Position numbers and translations under genes: made by a program. Source: Camelus dromedarius (lineage: Eukaryota). Taken from it: a stretch of DNA of 64,000 nt. Below, one piece after another: positions 36,410 through 48,262 of the stretch. The stretch spans positions 86,864,001 to 86,928,000 of the forward strand of contig NC_087436.1 of assembly GCF_036321535.1 (NCBI RefSeq). Reading direction: 5' to 3'. The number at the start of each line of letters is the position of its first letter. The first letter of the stretch is position 1. The notes beneath the pieces are model-generated. The model ran no database searches. It had not been told where the DNA came from and saw only the letters and a list, made by a program, of their open reading frames with translations.

Positions 36410-38806
36410 TTAAACTGGTAAATGTTAGTATTTACTATAGTAGAAGTTAGAGCTGAGAAAAGCTTAAAGTATGTATTTACCAATTCCTTTAAAAATAACA
36501 ACAAACCCATTACAAGATAACATAAATTATGTATTTTATGAAAAATAATTATGTTTCCAAAGCAAAAAAGTAAGTGAGAATGGCATTGGTTGATATTTTT
36601 TGCAAATCTCTAATGTCTTACTGAAAAGAAAACAGCTGGATTCTTGTATTTGCCTCCTCATTCAGTATGTTGCCATGTGTTGTTTTGGTTGAAGTATTTG
36701 AAGAAAATCCAGCCTCATGCAGATACATAGTTGGAAAAGGAAGGAATATTTGATAGCCTTTTTAGATGTTTGCAGATAGTATTTTTTTGATACCATATCT
36801 TCACTCTGCAAGTAGTAATTTCTTAGAAGTAATTTGTAATGTGGAATCAGAAACCATGTCATTGAGCTCTCTATATTCTTTTCCTTTAAAATCCACTCTT
36901 TTTCCTGTATTTCGGGTGGATCGTTTGCCTATGCCTGATTTTCTTACATCATATGTTGGTCATTTGGAAAATACTGGCTTATTGAGTTATGCAGATCTTC
37001 CAAATGTTGACACATTTCATTGTGCAATTCCAAAAAAAAATCCCATTTTTCATGTCAACATAGATCTCATCAGAAACGTCTTTAAATATAGAGAATCTGG
37101 CCGTGGCAGATACAAACAAGTATTCCAAAATGAATTTTTACTTCAAAGCCCGAATTTTATCATTAGCAATAAATATGTCAGTTGTTTTCCCTGAAGGAAC
37201 AGGCTGACTTTTTTGTTTCTTATTTTTGAGAAAATATTTGCCAAATATCCATGTCTTTAATATATATATATACTTTTAATCGCAGTATAGTCAGTTACAC
37301 TGTGTCAGTTTCTGGTGTACAGCATGTCTCAGTCATGCATACATATACATATATTCATTTTCATATTTTTTGCTAAAGGTTATTGCAATATATTAAATAT
37401 AGTTCCCTGTGCCATACAGAAGAAATTTGTTTTTTATCTATTTTTATGTATAGTAGTTAACGTTTGCAAATCCTAAACTCGCAAATTTATCTCTTCCCAC
37501 CCCCTTTCCCCAGTAACCATAAAATTGTTTACTATGTCTGCAAATCTGTTTCTGTTTTGTAGACGACTTCATTAATGTCCTCTTCTTCTTCTTCTTTTTT
37601 TTTAGATTCCACCACACATGAGTGATATCATATGGTATTTTTCTTTCTCTTTCTGGCTTACTTCACTTAGAATGATGATGATACATGTTGCTGCAAATGG
37701 CTTTATTTTATTCTTTTTAATTGCTGAGTAGTATTCTATTATATAAATATACCACAGCTTCTTTTCCCAGTCATCTGTCAGTGAACATTTAGGTTACTTC
37801 CATGTCTTGGCTATTGTATATAGTGCTTCTATGAACATTGGAGTGCATGAATCTTTTTGAATTAGAGTTCCCTTGGGATATATGCCCAGGAGTGGGGTTG
37901 CTGGGTCATATGGTAAGTCTATTTTTAGTTTTTTGAGGAATCTGCATACTGTTTTCCATAATGGCTGCATCAAACTACATTCCTCACCCTCTCCAACATT
38001 TAACATTTGTGGACTTTTGAATGATGGCTATTCTGACTGATGTGAGGTGATACCTCATTGTAGTTTTGATTTGCATTTCTCTGATAATTAGCGATATTGA
38101 GCATTTTTTCATGAACCTGTTGGCCATTTGTATTTCTTCTTTGGAGAATTGCTTGTTTAGGTCTGCCCATTTTTGGATTGAGTGGTTTGGTTTTTTCGTT
38201 ATTAAGCTGTATGAGCTATTTATATATTCTGGAAATAAAGCCTTTGTCAGTTGCATCATTTGCAAATACCAAATACCCAAGTCTTATTTATAATTTCTCT
38301 ATCTGAAATTTTTTCAAGTAACAATGGTATTGCATGAGAGAAACAATTCATTCAGTTTATGACTCAAATTCTTTCCCAAGTGCTTTTCCTCAAGGCAACC
38401 ATTGTCCTCTAGTATATAGCGGAAGTGTTTTATTCATAGTTCCTGTTTTGTTATACAGAGTATTGAAGAGACATTATTTAAGGGCTGAGATTTTGTAAGA
38501 TTAGTAATTTTTACTGCTTCATCAAGAGCCTGCTTAACTGAAACTGCCTTTTTTAAAAATTCCAGCTGTGAGTACAAAGCATAGCCCTCAAGATTGCTGT
38601 GACTGTTAGCAGAGGTTGGGGCCTCTTTCCTTGATCTGTGTTCAGGTACCAGCAATTTTACCCACCATCCTTTTTGCATGATTAGTGCAAATGTCAACAA
38701 GGCAAAGAATGCCTTAGTATTTTTATAAAAATACTTTTAACCTTGTAGCCTTCTTGAAAGGGTCTCTGGGATCTCAGGTCTATGGATCACACTTTGAAAA
38801 CCACTG
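36410..38806 (-). mobile_element. Charlie1-like hAT DNA transposon (internally deleted, degraded transposase), split by an L1
   Basis: Minus-strand remnants LDEAVKITNLTKSQPLN and FPTMYLHEAGFS resemble Buster/Charlie transposase; terminus cacactttgaaaaccactg at about 38788-38806. Confidence 0.8.
37258..38268 (-). mobile_element. 5'-truncated camelid/artiodactyl L1 inserted in Charlie1
   Basis: ORFs encode [24 protein letters not shown] and [31 protein letters not shown] (L1 ORF2 C-terminus); 17-bp TSD ccaaatatccatgtctt (37241-37257) / ccaaatacccaagtctt (38269-38285). Confidence 0.92.
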
Positions 38807-39128
38807 TCCTATATGATTATCTTGGCCTGATAAATATTGGCTTTTGCATTTGCATGCTTTTGACTAATTCTAGGCAAATTTAAGTAGCAGATTAGGGAGC
38901 AAATTTTAAATTTGGTGTGTCTCTCTGCCTTCCCTTTCTCTGACATCCCCGAAGGTACTCACTGGATCCCTAGTGACGCAGATGGAACAGGTACCCTAGG
39001 AACCTATTCATGCTCATTTGTTTAGTCATTGGGCAAGGATTTATGGAGCCCTACTTTTTTACAAGGTTCTCTGACTGGACTCTGGGCCTGATGCAGAGTT
39101 TCTCTCGCCCCATCTCACATAAACCACT

Positions 39129-39632
39129 TGTATTAATTTCCTATTGCTTCTGTAGTAAATCACTACAAACTTAATGGCTTAAAACAACAGAAATTTACTG
39201 AGTTATCATTGTCAGGTCAGAAGCCCATCACTGGCCTCACTGGGCTAAAATCAGGGCGATGGCAGCACTGCATTCCTTCCTGGAGGCTCTAAGGGAGTAT
39301 CTGCTTCCTTGCCTTTTCCAGCTTCTAGAGGCTGCTTTAATCCTTGGCTTGTGGCCCCTTCCTCCATCTTCAAAGCCAGCAACTTAGCTTCTCTCTGACC
39401 CTTCATCATTGCACCTCTCTCTGATCACAGCCAGGAAAAGTCCTCTGCTTTAAGGACTCACATGATGAGATTGGGCCCACCCAGATAGTGCAGGATAATC
39501 TCCTCATTTCGAGTTCTGTAACCTTAATCACACCTGCAAAGTCCCTTTGGTCATATAATGTAACACATTTATGGTTCTGGGGACAAGAGCATGGGCCTCT
39601 TTGGGGGAGGGAACATTATTCTGCCTACCACA
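39129..39632 (-). mobile_element. MaLR solo LTR, MLT1D-like, near full length
   Basis: tgtattaatttcctattgct...ggcttaaaacaacagaaattta...cattattctgcctaccaca; cact(t) on both flanks. Confidence 0.9.
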
Positions 39633-39749
39633 CACTTAGTCAGTGTGCATTAAATATTTGCTGAAGGAATGAACGAAGGATCCTATCCCATCGCTCATTT
39701 CTCAGAGTTTTGCTCTTCCCTGATATTAGATGTTGATTGTTAAAGACTC

Positions 39750-39985
39750 AGTTGAGGTACCAGCTCTTCCAGAATTTAGGTGTTCCTCTGCTGTGTTTTC
39801 AAAGTGAATGAATACCTCTACTAAAGCACTTATTCACTGCATCATCCTGGCTGTTTACAATTATCCCCAGTCTCCTGTAAACTCTTTGAATCTTGTGTGT
39901 TGCTTTGTTCTTTGTATGACCAGAATATAGCACAGTGCCTGGCACATGGTATGTACACAGTAAATGTTTGCTGTTGAATGCATGA
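39750..39985 (+). mobile_element. L2 3' end
   Basis: agcacagtgcctggcacatggtatgtacacagtaaatgtttgctgttgaatg. Confidence 0.7.
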
Positions 39986-41209
39986 CTGCAGCAAATAATT
40001 ATCCTTATACCCACCAACTCACATTTTTGCACTTTGCCTGGAGCATATAAAGAATAGCCCATTCCCCAAAGAAGCAGAGTGACTTTAATTATGGGAATTT
40101 AAAGCCTTGTGGCAAGTATTAATGCAAGAATGGCAAAGGCCATCAATACAAGTGAAATTGGAGACAGAAGGACCTTAGGCACTCCCCCAGGTCGCCCACT
40201 GGCAGCATCCCTTGCACCTGCCTGAGCAGAAGCTTGGAGGAATTGCAGAGATGGGTTCTCCTGCAGCACCTTAGAGTGACTTAGTTTCCCTGAGTGTCCG
40301 CAGGCTCTGCACCCTGGAGAGCAGCTGCTCTCTGCAGCCACCCGGCGTATGGCCTGTTTGCACCTCATGCCTGCAGAGGTAGCCAGCGTGGAGACTGACT
40401 AACTTTGCAGAAGTGTTTTAATTCAGCCCCAAAGTTGGCTTTTCAAAAGACAACATGCATTTTACAGAGGGCCTTTTGTATGGAGTGACTGGAGACTCAT
40501 TCAAAAATAACAGAAGCTCCAGTCTGCAGAATTTTTAAAAAAAGGTTTTGTCTTTCCAGACACAGCTCCAGTCTTCCCCTTCCTACTAGTAGGCCTGTTT
40601 GTATCAAAATGAATGAGAAATTTAATCGCTGGTACTTTATAAAGAAGCCATTTTTTTCCCCTGTTGGTTGTGGTTTACTCTGTGTGTGCTTTTTTTAATG
40701 GCAGTATTTAATAATGTTTATATTGCCTCTAACCTTTGACTAACTTCGCAGTTAAGTTCCAAGATGTGGTTTCACATTCAGTATTTGGAGGCTGCTCCTC
40801 CCTCCTCTGAGACTATTAACTTCTTATTCCTAGAAGGGATTTCATTCCCATACCAAGCATTTCAATCACTTCTTCTGGGTAAGGAGTCCGTGGGGTAGGA
40901 GGCAATAGTAGTACTAGTACTGACAGTTAATAGTGATCAGGGGCTGTGTGCCTGGCACTGTGCTGTGTGATTTACTTCTATTATTAAATCTTTAGAATAA
41001 CTTTATGAAGCAAAAGCTATTACTGTCTATCCTCAGAATTAAGAGAAAAAGCTTTCCCCAAAATTAGCCCTCAGAAAAGAGGGCCTCCCCTTATATTAGA
41101 GTCTTACAAAGACTATCCCATTGTGGGGGTTGCTCTATTTTAAACCACAAAGTAGTTTAAGCAAATATCCCAATATTATGAAAATGCCTGTGGCTTGGGA
41201 GGCATTTGT

Positions 41210-41318
41210 GGTATTTCCATTTTATAGATGAGAAAACTGAGACTTTCAGAAGTTACATAACTTACCCAAGGTCACACAGCTCGTAAGCGGTACAGCCAGA
41301 ATTCAAACCCAGGCATAT
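41210..41318 (-). mobile_element. MIR SINE core
   Basis: ccattttatagatgagaaaactgagact...aacttacccaaggtcacacagct...ccagaattcaaacccaggca. Confidence 0.85.
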
Positions 41319-41781
41319 AATATTACTCCCATCTCCTCAGTATTCATCCTGCTCAGATTTTTTTCTTTTACCTTTAAGAAGATTTCAGTGTTAGGGAATC
41401 GCTGATGTTTTCCTTCCTTCTTGTTAAGGTTTCATTAAGAGCAGAGAAGATCAGAAAATTTGTATGTACCTAGTCTGGAGCCGTGCTTTTATGGACGGCA
41501 CTAGGAAGGTCTAGTTCACCTTCTGAGCCAAGGTGGTGTGGGATTCCCTCTGCTTCGTCCTTGCCAGATCACCTTGCCTCCCTTTGCTTTGATGGGAAAT
41601 TCCTTTCTTCCTGAGTCAGTCTCTTACCTTGGCTCTAGTTGTAGGAGTTCTTCCTCATACTGAGCTGAAATCATTTTTCTTGGAATTTTGTCTCACAGAA
41701 AGGAGATCAAAATGTACCTGGCTTTGTCTCTTACTGTCTTCCCTCCTCCTCTCCCTCCCCCTCTTCTTCTTCCCTTTGCAA

Positions 41782-42930
41782 TAAATGTTTCATTTTAGAA
41801 TAATTTTAGATTTATAGAAAAATTGCCAAGATAATATACAGAATTTCTGTAAACCCTCACCTTATTGTTAAAATCATACTCTCTGGTGTATCCTCAAACA
41901 TTTTGTCAAAACTAAGAAACTGACATTGGTATATTACTATTAATTATAAATGTAGACTTTAGTCTGATTTCACTAGTTTTTCTCTAACATCCTTTGTCTG
42001 TTCCAGGATCCCATCCAGGACATCACATTACATTTGGTCATTATGTTTCCTTAGTCTCATCTGGTGTGTGATAGTTTTTCATTCTCTCCTTATTTTTCAT
42101 GACCTTGACAGTTTTAAGGGAGTGCTGATCAGGCATTCTGTAGACCATCCCTCAGTTGGGGTTTATCTGATGTTTTTGTTTTGGGGTTATGGGTTTGGGA
42201 GAAAAATACCACAAAAGGAGGAGCAATTCTCATCACATCATCTTAGGGGCCCATGATATCAATATGGCTTGTCACTGGTGATGGAAACCTTGATCTTCTG
42301 ACTAAAGTAAAGTTATTCCTCCCTCCCCTTTCCATACACAGCTTTTTAGAAGCAAGTCACTATGTGCAGCCCCACACTTAAGAGATGAGGCAGTTAAGTT
42401 CTGCCTCCTGGAGGGAAGGTATCTACATAAGTTATTAGGAATTCTTCTGTTAAGGAGACTTTATTAATGCAGTCACTTACTCATATCAGTATGGAATGAT
42501 GCATATTTATTTTATACTTTGAGTTGTAATCCATTACTACTTTAATTATTCTTTTGCTCAGATTGTCCCAGCTTTGGACACTGGAAGGTCTTCTAGTTGT
42601 CTCTTGTGTCCTTTTGACACACCCCCATTTGTTTGTTTATTTTTTGAAAGGACTTCCTTACTTTCTGGCACTACAGGATATTCCAGATTCCTCATGTATT
42701 TTCCCTGCCCTATCCCTGGAATTGACCATCTCTCCAAGGATCTCTGGTTTCTATTATTGGAGAATGATACCGGAAACTAAGATGTGACCACTGAGTGTGC
42801 TCATTGCTACTGGGGTATCACTACTCCTAGAACCTCTCAGTGGACAGAGGAAATACATGAACATATATCAGCCCCTGTTGCATGTGTATCTACAATATTT
42901 CTGCATCTACATTTGTTTCTATAGTAAAGC
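41782..42930 (-). mobile_element. L1MC/MD-like 3' UTR fragment
   Basis: ttttagaataattttagatttatagaaaaattgc...tgttccaggatcccatccaggacatcacattacattt...gctcagattgtcccagctttggacactggaag. Confidence 0.8.
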
Positions 42931-44209
42931 TTTTTTTTTTTGAGTATTTATATTTTGCTGTTTAGCCAACAGTGAGAATATGATTCACTACCTTCTACCA
43001 CCAATGGTAATATTTTTTAAAGGGCAGAGGAAAGAAGGGAGAAGGAAGTGAAAGTGGAGATCTTAGCAGAATTATGACTTAAGAACTCAGTCATTCTCTA
43101 GTCAGATCATGTCATTTTAGAGATGAAGACATTCTAAGAAGTTTGCTGAGATCCAAAGAGGTTAAAGAAACTAGTTAGTGGAATAGTCAGGATTGGAATC
43201 TGGCTATTCAAAGGAATCTCTATTTCTCCATATCTCATGCCTCTTTAAGACTGATCAGTATTCTTGGCTTTGTATTCAATTCAGTTATTAACTTCTTGGG
43301 ATGCATTAAGCAGGTTAAAATGTAATTTCAGGAACTGGTATGCAAGAGTATGACCTAGCCAACAGAAGTCAGCTACAGAGGGATTTTGCTCTCCAGTGAC
43401 ATATCTTAGATCAATAACTTGAAATTGATGCTCTGATGGCCAGATGTTAGTGAGTGAATCTTTGCAGATGATTATGATGATTACCCTGCCCTTTGCTACT
43501 TTTTATAACTATCTTTAAAAAAACTTTTTGCTCTGGGGAATCAGAGGGCTCCTATAGGACAGATTCTTGATGTATACACCTGCTTTTTAGAAATGGGATA
43601 TAAAACAATGACGGAATCTGCTTAATGTCATCCAAGAAGTCGCTGATGGGGGAAAAAATGGAAAACGAAAGCTGCAGCCCCCCATGGCCCCTCTTTAAAC
43701 ATGCAAACCACACAGCTCCTCTCTTTTACATTGCTTTTTGGCAGGCAGCTTGTAAAGCAAAGAATAAACACTTGGAAGTTTCTCTTAAGAGATTCCTGAG
43801 GCTATAGGACAGTCCTAGGATGTCTTCAAACCTCCCAGCCATTTCCTTTTAGAAGTGGGTACGTTTATACTTGGTAAATCATGTCTTGTCACCATGTAAC
43901 AGTAAAATCTCCTTTCTGTTCCTTTTCATTTGTACTTTATCCATTCCAAAGACTTACCATTTTATTTTTGTTTGGTACATTGTGAGCATCCAAGATTTTA
44001 GTGGAAATAAATGGTAACAGCTGTTTCTCGTGTACCAAATAATATAATTGTGAACCTTAACCTTGAGATGGTATGTCCAGATTTTTCCAGGTGTGGAAAT
44101 GACTAGAAAGGCTCATTTGGGGTAGTCATCCCACTGCAGAATCACATTCAGCTGCCTGCCTGTCCACTTCATTCAGAGAGAGAGGTTTCTATATTTCTTT
44201 CTTTATTCC

Positions 44210-44515
44210 AACACTCCCTTCTTAACATGGCTTTTTCTTTAAATTAGTGCATATTTACCTGCATAAACATGTAGACACCCTAAAATCCCATCTTCCTTTC
44301 CTGCTTTATTTTTCTCCATAGCTCTTACCATCATTTAATATACTGTTAATATACTGTTAATATTTTACTTCCTTAACGTTTTAATTGTCCATTTTCCCCT
44401 AAGTAGGATGTAAGCTGTATGAGAGCAGGGTGTTTGCTCTGTTCACTGCTGTTTTCCCCAAACCCAGAGTAGCACCTGGAGCATGGTGGATGTTCAATGA
44501 ACACTTCTGAATGAC
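44210..44515 (+). mobile_element. L2 3' end
   Basis: cctgctttatttttctccatagctcttaccatc...ggatgtaagctgtatgagagcaggg...tgttcactgctg...cacctggagcatggtggatgttcaatgaacac. Confidence 0.8.
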
Positions 44516-45415
44516 TAATGTGAAAGTTGCAAGTTGTGATTATTTGGCCCCTGATTTTAATATAAATATGAATAGTCAAGTTTATTTTACAGGGTTATTT
44601 TATATTATAGGTGAAATTGAATCACACTATTTAAACAGAGGATATATCTATTCACCAAAAACCTCAGAATTTATACCAGAAATGCACATAGTACCTTGGA
44701 AGTTATGCAGCTAACTTAGTAATTCAGTACTATTATCACATGAGAGGAATTTTTAAATTCTCTGCTAAATGTTACTCAAGAAATTGGTGGAATGTCTAAA
44801 AGCAATTTTTTTTTAAGTTGTAAGGTGAATTACCCTCAGATTTACCCAAAGATATCTTGAACCCTAAGTGACATTACCCAGTTTGATTACTTACTCTAGT
44901 TACCAGATTTAGCAGAAAATGACTTTTCATTGCTATAAAAAAAATCTATTCTGACTAATATTTGTCAGCTTAAAGTTACTAGAAAAACATGCTGAAAAAT
45001 CCAAGATAACTCCTCTGAAAGAGTGTCAGCATTCATTTGTATATATAGATGCTGGCGTGTATTATTTTTAATCATATTCCTTTACAAATATATTATTTTT
45101 ATTTAAAATTTCTAGTGTCTGAAGTGCTTACACTTTCATTCTTAAAATGCAGGGGCTCTTCTTTCTTTAAGCAATATGTAAGATAATAGAAAAGGATATG
45201 CAGTATGACCATTTGTTTTATGAACTGGATCTTTCAAAATAACAACTCTCATGCCAAAATTTCTACAGCATTCTCTCCAGGACAAGAAACAAACAAATAA
45301 AAAGCAGCCAACATTATAGACTTGTTTGCAAGCTTATCTCTCTGGGCTGATGTAGTGCATAAATTACGTCTCAGTGCAAGATTGACATATATCCTATTCC
45401 CCGCTTCTGTTTCAG

Positions 45416-45665
45416 AGCATTGGGGAGTCAACGATGTCTGTTGTGTTAAATCAGTTGCTGCCCATGATTAAGCCTTCAAACCAGAGGACCAATGATGACT
45501 ATAGCCCTGAAGAGCTACTGGTCCTCCTGATATATATTTATTCTGTCAGTGGAGAGCTCTCAGTGGACAAAGACCTGAGTGAAGCAGAAGAAAAAGTGAA
45601 GAAAGCATTGGCTCAGGTCTTTTGTGAAGAGTCTGAATTGTCACCTTTGCTGCAAAAGATCACAG
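45416..45665 (+). CDS. SCFD2: Internal coding exon (250 nt, phase 0 start, phase 1 end) of Sec1 family domain-containing protein 2; probably orthologous to human exon 5
   Basis: Translation SIGESTMSVVLNQLLPMIKPSNQRTNDDYSPEELLVLLIYIYSVSGELSVDKDLSEAEEKVKKALAQVFCEESELSPLLQKIT is recognised as SCFD2. Acceptor is tattccccgcttctgtttcAG (AG at 45414-45415), with branch-like ttgAc about 30 nt upstream. Donor is CAG|gtgagt at 45666. The ORF-track start (45434) and end (45793) are artefacts of ignoring splicing. Confidence 0.95.
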
Positions 45666-47504
45666 GTGAGTGTTTAACAAAAATGGAGAATGCAAACATC
45701 ACTGATACAGAAAACAGGTTTAACAATGAAGGCACTTTGGGAAGAGGATGTAACCATCTTATTTGGAGTTGTTTAGAATTTCATGAGGCCTGATGAATGC
45801 TAGCCAGCCTTTAGGATTAGAGGTTTTTATTGCAGTTTGTTTTTTTTTTCCAGTTGTGGTAGTTGAAAGACCTTGCCACTTCTCTCTAGTTGTTTGTCAG
45901 AGTTCATGTTCTTAGAGCCAAGGCCTTGTTAAAAAATAGCACAATACTCACAGGGTGTAATATCTTAAGGAAAAATAAAATGTAATGCATCTTATTCAAA
46001 GGATTTCTGTTGACACATTCTCCTTGAAATTGTCATTTCAAACTTAAATTAAAAAAAAAAAAAAACTCTTTCCCTAAGATGTTACAATGTTGTGGAACTG
46101 AAAATTGCCATTTTCAAGAATAGTTTCATATTTTGACTTCTCATATTTCATTTTGAATCTGAATTAATTGGTAGTATCCAAAATAATACCTAAACATCCC
46201 AGTAAAGTAGGCTGTGCTGATTTGGGGGAAATATACCATTAAATATCATAGAACCTAACCATTTTCACCTCTAATAAGAACTGTGATATAACTTACGGAG
46301 ATACCCATTTGTGTTATTCCGTATCAAATTCAGTAGTATTTATATTTTGTGTCAAGCTTATTTCCCATAGTATGGATTGAACCTGGGTCTGTTGGAGAGT
46401 GAGAAGTCATTAAAACTTACATGTAAAACTTAAATACTTTCAAAACATACCAAGTTTCCATGCATTCATGAATGTGTGGGTGTAGATGTGTGTAGACCTC
46501 TCCATTGGGGAAGGCTCAACTCAGGCCAATTATATGTCTTCTGATGCTTCTTCTTGTCCCCTGTTGTGCCTCGCTGGGGGGTTGGGGGGGGACGTCCAGC
46601 TTTCTCAGAAGCAGGCTGTGTCGCCGTCAACCCGAGCGTCCTGTGTGTGCACATTTTCCTTTGTGCCCACTGCTGCCCTTTCCTGCGTCTGGTTGTGAAA
46701 AATGAAACCCTGACAAGATGGAAACTGAGTGAAGTTTTCAGAGAAATGAAACATTTCCTTGCTCAGCATAGAACCTATTTGCCAGCTTAAAATCTACTCA
46801 AGAAGACTTGTGGGAGTTGTTCCGAGTTCATTAAGGTACAGCACCGTATGTGATCACATGTGTGTGTTTGACTTTAAATGAATATTGACTTAGAAAGGCT
46901 TCATACAGTTTCTGCAGTGCTTCGAACAGTGATTTGACTGAAAGTCAATTTGAACGCTAGGAGGACGTAACTGGAAGTTATTCTCAACATGCATGATTCC
47001 AGAGGCAGACAACAAAGACAGTGTGTTTTAGCAGGGGTTGTTTGGCTAGCTCCTCTGCAGCGTTAGTGTCTGACTGTATTATTTTGGGAATTGAAGCCAT
47101 GCAGTCAGTGTTCATTTGATATTTGCTCAGCATGTTTATTGACCCAGCATTTCATTCCTTATTAGTTTCTCTATTTATGATGGCTCAGGATATTGCATTT
47201 TCTTGCTTTTAAATGTGATTTCACATTTTTAAGCACTTCTGTATATTCGTGTTTATATTAGGAAAGTTTGTAAGGTTAGCAGCTGAAGGTGAAAACAATA
47301 AGACTTTGTGGAAAGTTTAATATATTCTTAAAATTAGGAGACATCTTACTTTATAATACTATGTATACATTCCTACCTAGATTAACTTTGGATGTACAGT
47401 TTAAACAGGGTGGATAAGATGTGCTACTTAAGCCTGACACAGGTGAACTTGCCAGTGGAACACACCTGCATTGATCAACCTCTAGGACACCAAGGACTTG
47501 AATT

Positions 47505-48030
47505 TTTTAATTTTTATTTTTTAATTTTTCCAGCTTTATTGAGATATAATTGACATATAACACTGTGTAATTTTAAGGTGTACAATGTGATACTTTGAGA
47601 CATGTATTTAGTATTGTAAAATATTTACCATGATAAGGTTAATTAACTGACCCATTACCTCACATGATTACTATTTTGTTGTTATGGTGAGAACATATAA
47701 ACTCTTCTCATAGGAACTTTCAGGTATATGATAACAGTTTTGTCAATTATTGTCACCATGCTGTACATCACATCCCCAAAAACTACCCATCTTATAACTG
47801 GAAGTTTGTACCCTTTGACCAACATCTCCCCATTTCCCCTACCCCACCCCCGGCAACCACCATTATCTCTGCTTCTGTGAATTCAGTGTTTTTAGATTCC
47901 ACATGTAAGTGAGATCGTATAGTATTTGTCTCTCTCTGTCTGATTTATTTCACTTAGTGTAATGCCCTAAAGGTCCATTTGTGTTGTTGCACATGGCAAG
48001 ATTTCCCTCTTTTTTGTGGCTGAATAATAT

Positions 48031-48110
<80 letters not shown>

Positions 48111-48262
48111 AAGAAAGAGAGAGAAAGAGAGAGAGAGAGATTTTCCTGATCTGTTCATCCATCGATGGACACTTAGGTTGTTTCCATGTCTTGGTTATCT
48201 TCAATAATGTAACAGTGAACAAGGGAACATAGATATCTCTTTGAGATAGTGATTTCATTCCT
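47505..48262 (-). mobile_element. L1 3' end (L1MA9-like/laurasiatherian) containing a compound microsatellite
   Basis: Encodes KTWKQPKCPSMDE and EYYSATKKREILPCATTQMDL; 3' end ctttattgagatataattgacatataacactgtg. Confidence 0.9.
48033..48140. repeat. Compound (GT)n(GA)n microsatellite
   Basis: About 14 GT units followed by more than 20 GA units with GAAA interruptions. Confidence 0.95.

Larger units (their letters stand above)
1..45415 (+). other. SCFD2: Intron of SCFD2 upstream of the exon (3' part, more than 45 kb)
   Basis: No other recognisable SCFD2 coding exon upstream; repeat-rich sequence ending in a canonical acceptor. Confidence 0.85.

Noticed and set aside
36766..37194. 142-aa plus-strand ORF
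   Set aside because: It is the antisense frame of the degraded Charlie1 transposase.
44335..44363. 11-bp tandem repeat (ttaatatactg, about 2.6 copies)
   Set aside because: An ordinary slippage duplication inside an L2 fragment.
45434..45793. Stand-alone 119-aa gene from the ORF track
   Set aside because: It is the SCFD2 internal exon read from an internal Met and on through the donor site.
47950..48258. ORFs with LSLSLS/THTHTH/ERERER runs
   Set aside because: They are translations of the (GT)n(GA)n microsatellite inside an L1.
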